Source: Vulcanimicrobiota bacterium
GTDB taxonomy: Bacteria; Vulcanimicrobiota; Vulcanimicrobiia; Vulcanimicrobiales; Vulcanimicrobiaceae
DNA length: 61,383 nt
Direction of reading: 5' to 3'
Assembly: GCA_030041115.1 (NCBI GenBank)
Contig: JASHOM010000097.1
Coordinates: 1 to 61,383, forward strand
Part shown: piece by piece, positions 55,927-61,383 of the stretch
How positions within the stretch are numbered: the stretch's first letter is position 1
Layout: the number at the start of each line of letters is the position of its first letter
The notes under the pieces: generated by a model
The model's input: only the letters and a program-made list of their open reading frames with translations
Told to the model about the DNA's origin: nothing
Database searches by the model: none
Program-made: the position numbers and the translations under genes

Positions 55927-56493
55927 TTATTGAGGCGGCGCGCCCCCCGGAGGCATCATCCCGCGACCCGGCCAGCCCATATCGAACATGGGATGAGGAG
56001 CGAGCGCGGCAAGGAGCAGCGACCCGGGATCGCTCATCCGATGCGCTGACGTCATGCCCTCGTGCGGCCCGCGGTTCCAGTCGGGCATCCCCTGCGGCAT
56101 CTCGCTTTGCAACTCGCCGCGCATTTGCTCGCGCAACTGACGACTCTGCGCCGCGAATGCTTGGTGCGCGGCCAGAATGCGCCCCCGTTCAGCCGCCGAG
56201 AGCATCGCATCGAGCCGCTGTGCGGCTGCTTGAGGATCCGGGTTCGGCGCGACCGCGAGCGCTCCGATCGTCGCCGCGACGGCGCGGAGGTGGGCCGGCG
56301 TCAGCGCCGAGAGGATCTGGGAGCGCATCTGCTGATGTAGCTGCTCCTCTTGCTGCGCAAAGCGCTGCATGGTTGCGTGGATTGCCTGCCGCTGCTGCGC
56401 GGCCGGTGCGGCGGGTGCGTTGCTCTGCTGAGCGAGCGCCGCGATCGGTATCACGCTGAGCGCGAGCGCCAGCGCGTAAATGCTTCTGTTCAT
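55927..56493 (-). CDS. Secreted helical Gln/Ala-rich protein with a Met/His/Pro-rich C-terminus
   Basis: Signal MNRSIYALALALSVIPIAALA. C-terminal EMPQGMPDWNRGPHEGMTSAHRMSD...HPMFDMGWPGRGMMPPG. Confidence 0.5.
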   Translation of the reverse strand: MNRSIYALALALSVIPIAALAQQSNAPAAPAAQQRQAIHATMQRFAQQEEQLHQQMRSQILSALTPAHLRAVAATIGALAVAPNPDPQAAAQRLDAMLSAAERGRILAAHQAFAAQSRQLREQMRGELQSEMPQGMPDWNRGPHEGMTSAHRMSDPGSLLLAALAPHPMFDMGWPGRGMMPPGGAPPQ

Positions 56494-56554
56494 AGTCTAT
56501 GTTACGGCCGTCCTTCGTAAAAGTTACTGGGAGCCCGCTGGGGCTGCCGGGTCG

Positions 56555-56815
56555 TCATGCCAGCAGATCGTGCCAGCTCGAAGCGCTGACGTTGACGCCG
56601 TAATAACCGGCGGCAGCCTTGATGTTGGCGAAAGCCTGAGCGCGCTCGGCTTCGGTTACCCCGCAAACCTCGCCAAAGCGGGCGATTGCGCTACGGACGT
56701 GAGCGGCATCGGTGAGCGGCTCCTTGCGCTCCTTCGGAAATGCGAAGGCGCTGTCGGGAAGTGCCGCACGCGAAGAGCCGGGATGATCGTGCAGGGGTTT
56801 CCAGGTGATCTGCAT
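56555..56815 (-). CDS. Small hypothetical protein (DUF6582-like)
   Basis: 86 aa. LPDSAFAFPKERKEPLTDAAHVRSAIARF. Confidence 0.4.
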   Translation of the reverse strand: MQITWKPLHDHPGSSRAALPDSAFAFPKERKEPLTDAAHVRSAIARFGEVCGVTEAERAQAFANIKAAAGYYGVNVSASSWHDLLA

Positions 56816-56866
56816 CCCGGGAGCATAGCCGACCGGTGTATACGCGTTATTGCCGGATATTGAAGG

Positions 56867-58456
56867 TTATCGTACTGCGCGCAGGTCGTGAAGAATTGCG
56901 GCGGCGGCGCGTTTGCCGGGAAAACCGCTGACGCAGCCGCCCGGATGGGCGCCCGAGCCGCAGAGATAGAGGTCGCGCACGGGCGTGCGCGTTGCGAAGC
57001 GATCCTCGTAGATCTGCCCCGGTACGAGCTCGCCATGAAAGATATGGCCGCCGATCAAGCCGAAGCGCGTCTCGAGATCCGGCGGCGCAAGCACCTGCCG
57101 GTGCTCGATCGCTCGCGGCAGGTTTGGGGCGTGGCGCGCAAGGATCGCCACGATCTTGTCGGCGGCGGCCTCGCGCTTGGTCTCGGTCCAGCCGCCGGCG
57201 CGATCGTACGGGAAATACTGCGCGAAGACCGCGAGAATATGTTTGCCCGGCGGCGCCAACGACGGATCGGTCGGCGTTTGCATGAAACACTCGATGAGCG
57301 GTTCGTCACTTTCGCCGCGCTCGCGCGCGTCCTCGAAGGCCCGCTGGAGATAGTCGATCGACGGCGCCACGTGAATCGTCGCGCCGTGGTGGGGTTGCGC
57401 GTTGCGACCCGGCCGGCTCGAGAAATCCGGAAGCTCGCCGAGCGCCAGATTCAACTTGAGCGACGGACCGGTGCTCTTCCACTCGCGCACCTTGGCCAGG
57501 AAGGCGGGGTCCAGCGCGGACGAGTCGAGTAAATCGAGGAACATCGTCCGCGGATGTGCGTTCGACGCGACGACGTGCGCGCTCACGCGATGGCCGCCGC
57601 TCTCCACGCCTCGCGCGCGCCCGCCGGCGGCGAGGATCTTCGTCACCGGTGCGGTCGAGAAAATCTCGGCGCCGTAACGGATTGCCGCCGCGGCGAGCGC
57701 CTTCGAGACCGAGCCCATCCCGCCGCGCACGAACGCCCAGGCCCCTTGCGCGTTGAGAAGGCGGCCGGCAAGGTGATGCGCGAGCACGTACCCGGTGCCC
57801 GGATCGTACGGGCCGAGATACGTGCCGATGAGACCATCGTTCACCAGCTCCGCCTGCAACACGGGCGTCGCGACGAACCGCTCCACCAACTCGGCGGCCG
57901 AGCCGCGCAGCAAGCGCTGCGTCTCGGCGTCGAAGCGCTCGAAGCGCGGCTGTTCGTCCGAAAAGGAATCGAAGAGCGCGCGCCCCAGTCGCTCCGTCCG
58001 CTCGACATAGGCTTCGAAGCCTGCCGCGTCGCGACGGTCGAAAGCCGCAATCTCGCGCGCGTTGCTCGAGCGGTCGCTTCCGAGCAACAGCGATCGCCCG
58101 TCGAGCAGAGGCGTAAACGCGTACGGGTCCTTGCGATAGTACGCAAGCCCATGCTCGCGCAGCTCGAGCTGCTCGACGAGCCACGGGTCGAGCAAGCTGC
58201 ACACGTACGACGCCGTCGATAGGGTGTAGCCGGGCCAAAGGTCGGGCTCGCTGACCGCGGCGCCGCCGAGGCGCCGGCACCGTTCGAAAACGGCCACCGA
58301 ACGGCCCGCTTTCGCCAGTAGCGCCGCGCACGCCAGGCCATTGTGACCGGCGCCGACGACGACGGCGTCGTAGAACGATTGAGGGCGTGCCGGAGCCCTG
58401 AGCGAGGTCGAGGCGGTCAGCGATACGATGGACGCGAGGCGAAGCAATCCCGGCAA
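56867..58456 (-). CDS. Phytoene-desaturase-family (CrtI-like) NAD(P)/FAD-dependent oxidoreductase
   Basis: YDAVVVGAGHNGLACAALLAKAGRSVAVFERCRRLGGA...LYLCGSGAHPGGCVSG. Start uncertain (overlaps the upstream gene by 40 nt). Confidence 0.75.
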   Translation of the reverse strand: MPGLLRLASIVSLTASTSLRAPARPQSFYDAVVVGAGHNGLACAALLAKAGRSVAVFERCRRLGGAAVSEPDLWPGYTLSTASYVCSLLDPWLVEQLELREHGLAYYRKDPYAFTPLLDGRSLLLGSDRSSNAREIAAFDRRDAAGFEAYVERTERLGRALFDSFSDEQPRFERFDAETQRLLRGSAAELVERFVATPVLQAELVNDGLIGTYLGPYDPGTGYVLAHHLAGRLLNAQGAWAFVRGGMGSVSKALAAAAIRYGAEIFSTAPVTKILAAGGRARGVESGGHRVSAHVVASNAHPRTMFLDLLDSSALDPAFLAKVREWKSTGPSLKLNLALGELPDFSSRPGRNAQPHHGATIHVAPSIDYLQRAFEDARERGESDEPLIECFMQTPTDPSLAPPGKHILAVFAQYFPYDRAGGWTETKREAAADKIVAILARHAPNLPRAIEHRQVLAPPDLETRFGLIGGHIFHGELVPGQIYEDRFATRTPVRDLYLCGSGAHPGGCVSGFPGKRAAAAILHDLRAVR

Positions 58457-58725
58457 TAGACCGGCTTGTCGCCGCGCGGATTGAACGGAACCTCCGCTAC
58501 GCTGCCGCAGTTGCTGCAGGTGGCCGTGAACATCTCACGCGGCCGTCCGGTGCGGTCGCCGCCCGCTCCGCCGCTCGAGCGCATTTGCTTGCGCGCCTGG
58601 CGGCAATCCGGACACCGGTTTGGCTTGTTCTGGAAGCCCTTTTGCTCGTAAAAACGTTGCTCGCCCGAACTGAAGACAAACTGGCGTCCGCAGTCCACAC
58701 AGTTGAGCATTTCATCTACGTACAT
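58417..58725 (-). CDS. Zinc-ribbon CxxC-x17-CxxC domain protein
   Basis: CVDCGRQFVFSSGEQRFYEQKGFQNKPNRCPDCR and CSNCGSVAEVPFNPRGDKPVYCRDCF. Confidence 0.7.
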   Translation of the reverse strand: MYVDEMLNCVDCGRQFVFSSGEQRFYEQKGFQNKPNRCPDCRQARKQMRSSGGAGGDRTGRPREMFTATCSNCGSVAEVPFNPRGDKPVYCRDCFASRPSYR

Positions 58726-58822
58726 GAAATGAGAAACTCCTTAGACTCTGCCGACGGTGTGGACTTCAAAACCGGGGGACCGGGGGACCGAGAATCCGAC
58801 CGCGTGACGAGAGCAGCATTGT

Positions 58823-59425
58823 GTGCACGGCTTCTGCGACCCCGACGCCGCCGGTCCCTGCCGGACGAAGGGGCCGGCCCGAGCGGGGCCGTACCCGCTG
58901 CGCAGCACCGTGGCCGAAACGATACCGGAGGTCGTCGAGCCCGCCTCGCTGGCCGACTATTTCGAAGTCATCACGCGGGCCGTCTTCCAAGCCGGCGTGC
59001 GCTGGAGTCAGATTGCCGCAAACTGGGATGCCTATCGCGCAGCCTTCGCGGACTTCGACCCGGTGCGCGTCGCCGCGTACGACGGCGCGGACGTCGAACG
59101 CGTGCTGGCAACGCCCGGCATTTTGCGCATGCCGCGAAAGGTCCGGGCGACCATTGCCGACGCACGCGCGCTGCTCGAAGCCGACCGGGCGCATGGAAAT
59201 TTCGTGAACTATCTGCGATCGTTCGCTTCGTACGACGAGCTGGCGAAGGATTTCAAGCGCCGGTTTGCGCTCATGGGCGAGATGAACGTCTGGTACTTCC
59301 TCTTCCGGACCGGCGAGCCCGTACCGCGCTTTGAGTCCTGGGTGACAACCATTCGCGGCGAGCATCCGCGCATGCGCGAGATGGTCGAACGCGCCCGCGC
59401 CGCGGGACGCTCTCCCGAACGCTAA
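58823..59425 (+). CDS. tag: DNA-3-methyladenine glycosylase I-like protein
   Basis: YFEVITRAVFQAGVRWSQIAANWDAYRAAFADFDPVRVAAYDGADVERVL...ILRMPRKVRATIADA. The true start is probably internal (GTG). Confidence 0.7.
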   Translation: MHGFCDPDAAGPCRTKGPARAGPYPLRSTVAETIPEVVEPASLADYFEVITRAVFQAGVRWSQIAANWDAYRAAFADFDPVRVAAYDGADVERVLATPGILRMPRKVRATIADARALLEADRAHGNFVNYLRSFASYDELAKDFKRRFALMGEMNVWYFLFRTGEPVPRFESWVTTIRGEHPRMREMVERARAAGRSPER

Positions 59426-61383
59426 GGCAGGGCCGAGGGCCGCGGACGCGGCGCCGGTCGAATGAGATACAGACCCAGAGCGGGCGCGTAGTTCAGCTCC
59501 GGAATCGGCTTGCCGTCGAAGCCATGCTGCGCGAGCTCGCCCTGCGTCGTCGCCGCAATGCGCCCGCAGACCATCATCGCCGGTACGACGGTCGCATCGC
59601 CCGGCTCCAGCTCGTACCACGTTCCGCCTCCGGCAGCATGTGCGGTAATCGTCCAACTCGGCGCCGGCGCGCCGCTTGCGAAGTGATTCTTCAATTCGTT
59701 GAGCGACTGCGAGGCAAGATTGCGCACGTCGCCCGTGCACGAGGTCGAGGTGCGTACTTCGAAGGCGTCTTTCGGCGGTGTTGCCGGAAGCCTGTACACG
59801 CGGAACTGCTCCTGGCCGGCCTGCGGCTGTCGCGCGACGAGATAGAGTCCGACGGCCGGCATGAAGTCGAGCTGCGGCACGAAGAAGAGCGGACTCGCCG
59901 CAGCGTACAGCTTACGCTGCGCAACGTCGTCGCTTCGCGCAATGTGCAATGACATGCAACCCGCGAGTGCGCGCAGCGTACCGACGCCCTTCGGCGTGAC
60001 GGCAAGGGCGTAGGTCGTGCCGAGGCCGTGATAGATCACGGTGGTGTCGCTCAGAACGGGCGCGGCCATCGTTGCCGGATATCCCGCGACCGTCCGCGCT
60101 GCATCGATGCGCGCGGCATATGCCTTGAGCTCGGCCGAAAGCTGCCGCGCTTTGGCGGCGTCTTCGGCGCTGCACGTCGTCGGGTTGGCGACGACTGCAA
60201 ACGGATCCGCCGGCGGCGTCTCGGGCAACGGCGAGAACAGCGACTGGAAGCGTCCACCGCCCGGTCCGCCCGGACCATTGGGGCCGCCCGGGCCGCCCGG
60301 ACCGCCGGGACCTTCGGGCCCACCCGGACCGCCGAGGAACCCGCCGCCTTCGCGTCCGCCCGCACCGCGCGCATGAAACGCCGTCGCCGTCTGCGACGAC
60401 GTTGCGCCCTGACCGAATCGCGCCGAGTAGGTTAGCGAGAACGTCCGCGGCACCAACGGGCGCGCGATATTCCCGACGATATATCCACCCGCGGTCGTAA
60501 ACGGCACTGCGCCGGCCGGACTCGAAAAGATTCCGGCGTAGGTGTTCGTGATATTCTCCGCCGCCAGCGTCAGCGTTCCGCGCGTGAGCTGGGCGGTGAC
60601 CCCTGCATCGAACGACGTATACGGCGGCAGGTTGTTGGGATTATTCGAACCGACGTGCTGTGCGTCGGCAAGCCATTCCAACATCGAGTTCGGCGCCTTG
60701 TAATCGAGTACGATTCCGGCCTTCTGTAACGGGACGTTGGGCAACTGTTGGCCGGAAATCGTAATGGACCACGGATTATCGAAAATGTAACCGTTGCCCA
60801 ATGCCTGTGCACCGGTAAGATTGTAATAGGGCTGAACGACGAAGTCGCCGATCGTCACGTAGCCGGTGAGCTCCGCACCCTGATAGAGGCGCTGGACTCC
60901 GGAGATGGGCGTCGTCATGTAGAGCTGCTGCGGATAAAACGGCGTCCCGGTCGCGGCGTCGCACCCGGCCGGCGAGTTGTAGATCGCGGCAACTTCCTCG
61001 AAGTAGCCGGGAGGAATTTCACCCAAACCGTTGAGCACGGTTCCGTTCACGTCAACCGGCAACAGCACGCCGTTCTGAACCTGGCGGTAGAGCGTCAGCG
61101 AAAAGTTGCCGCCGTGAACCTGATGCGTGTAGCTGACGCGCAAGGAATTGGACGAGCTGTTCGTCGGCTCTTCGCCGGGCGCGCTCCCGAACGCGACTTT
61201 GCCCGCGCAATTGAAGCGCAACGATGCCGGATCGCTGAGAATCTGCAGCCGGCCCTGCGTCGCCGCCGCGCCTCCAAGGGCAAAGGATGCGGCATACGTG
61301 TCGCGCAGCGTCGGATGCCAGGCGGCGCCGACGCCCCCCAGCTCGGAGAGGCCCGTGTTTCCGGTTGCCGTGCTCAGACCGGC
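59422..61383 (-). CDS. TonB-dependent-receptor-like outer-membrane barrel (5' end outside window) fused to a ~330-aa C-terminal extension
   Basis: The frame is open to the window end. Barrel-like strands and LAAENITNTYAG ... RTFSLTYSARF (a typical terminal beta-signal), followed by a Gly/Pro-rich linker and two similar Cys-containing modules. Confidence 0.55.
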   Translation of the reverse strand, partial: AGLSTATGNTGLSELGGVGAAWHPTLRDTYAASFALGGAAATQGRLQILSDPASLRFNCAGKVAFGSAPGEEPTNSSSNSLRVSYTHQVHGGNFSLTLYRQVQNGVLLPVDVNGTVLNGLGEIPPGYFEEVAAIYNSPAGCDAATGTPFYPQQLYMTTPISGVQRLYQGAELTGYVTIGDFVVQPYYNLTGAQALGNGYIFDNPWSITISGQQLPNVPLQKAGIVLDYKAPNSMLEWLADAQHVGSNNPNNLPPYTSFDAGVTAQLTRGTLTLAAENITNTYAGIFSSPAGAVPFTTAGGYIVGNIARPLVPRTFSLTYSARFGQGATSSQTATAFHARGAGGREGGGFLGGPGGPEGPGGPGGPGGPNGPGGPGGGRFQSLFSPLPETPPADPFAVVANPTTCSAEDAAKARQLSAELKAYAARIDAARTVAGYPATMAAPVLSDTTVIYHGLGTTYALAVTPKGVGTLRALAGCMSLHIARSDDVAQRKLYAAASPLFFVPQLDFMPAVGLYLVARQPQAGQEQFRVYRLPATPPKDAFEVRTSTSCTGDVRNLASQSLNELKNHFASGAPAPSWTITAHAAGGGTWYELEPGDATVVPAMMVCGRIAATTQGELAQHGFDGKPIPELNYAPALGLYLIRPAPRPRPSALP
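60253..60366 (-). repeat. Coding tandem repeat (about 9-nt period) giving a GGPGGPEGPGGPGGPGGPNGPGGPGGG linker
   Basis: Plus strand reads ccgcccggtccgcccggaccattggggccgcccgggccgcccggaccgccgggaccttcgggcccacccggaccgcc. Confidence 0.8.

Noticed and set aside
60253-60366. Possible CRISPR-like or microsatellite array
   Set aside because: The period is ~9 nt, there are no spacers, and it is in frame inside a long ORF encoding a Gly-Pro linker. No CRISPR repeats or cas genes occur anywhere in the window.

Overview
High-GC bacterial chromosomal segment (GC judged by eye, lineage not identifiable from sequence). It probably comes from a diderm, given lipobox lipoproteins and OMP/TonB-receptor-like barrels. 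Most of it is housekeeping or ordinary metabolism:
- a frameshifted IS1380 transposase cut by the left window edge
- a phosphoesterase
- a PHA cluster (phasin-like, XRE regulator, phaC, two SDR reductases)
- pstSCAB, a TGS-less thrS, a FliA-type sigma factor and the H+-pyrophosphatase hppA
- the rpmG / tRNA-Trp / secE / nusG / rplK / rplA ... rplJ / rplL cluster
- an ion-transport stretch (MgtC, Nramp-like, TRIC, BASS, split ChrA)
- an FGE plus arylsulfatase pair, a CrtI-like oxidase and Tag glycosylase
- a partial TonB-receptor-like outer-membrane protein at the right edge

Main finding: a recurrent, visibly AT-richer two-gene module. A Cys-rich, tailspike-like beta-helix protein without a signal peptide is translationally coupled to a beta-propeller lipoprotein. 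One copy is intact (34828-37534). A second, with an internally deleted beta-helix gene, sits between rplA and rplJ (29481-30870). A lone high-GC propeller paralog lies at 10030-11031, and further relics lie at 37562-38148 and 39331-39470.

The 33.6-39.5 kb copies sit in a decayed island beside a tRNA-Arg-like gene. That island also holds a tyrosine-integrase relic (catalytic Tyr replaced by Cys), an IS110 relic and NHL-repeat lipoprotein genes that share a 44-bp upstream repeat. I saw no CRISPR array, no recognisable defence genes and no complete prophage. All functional calls come from reading the translations by eye; no database search was run.
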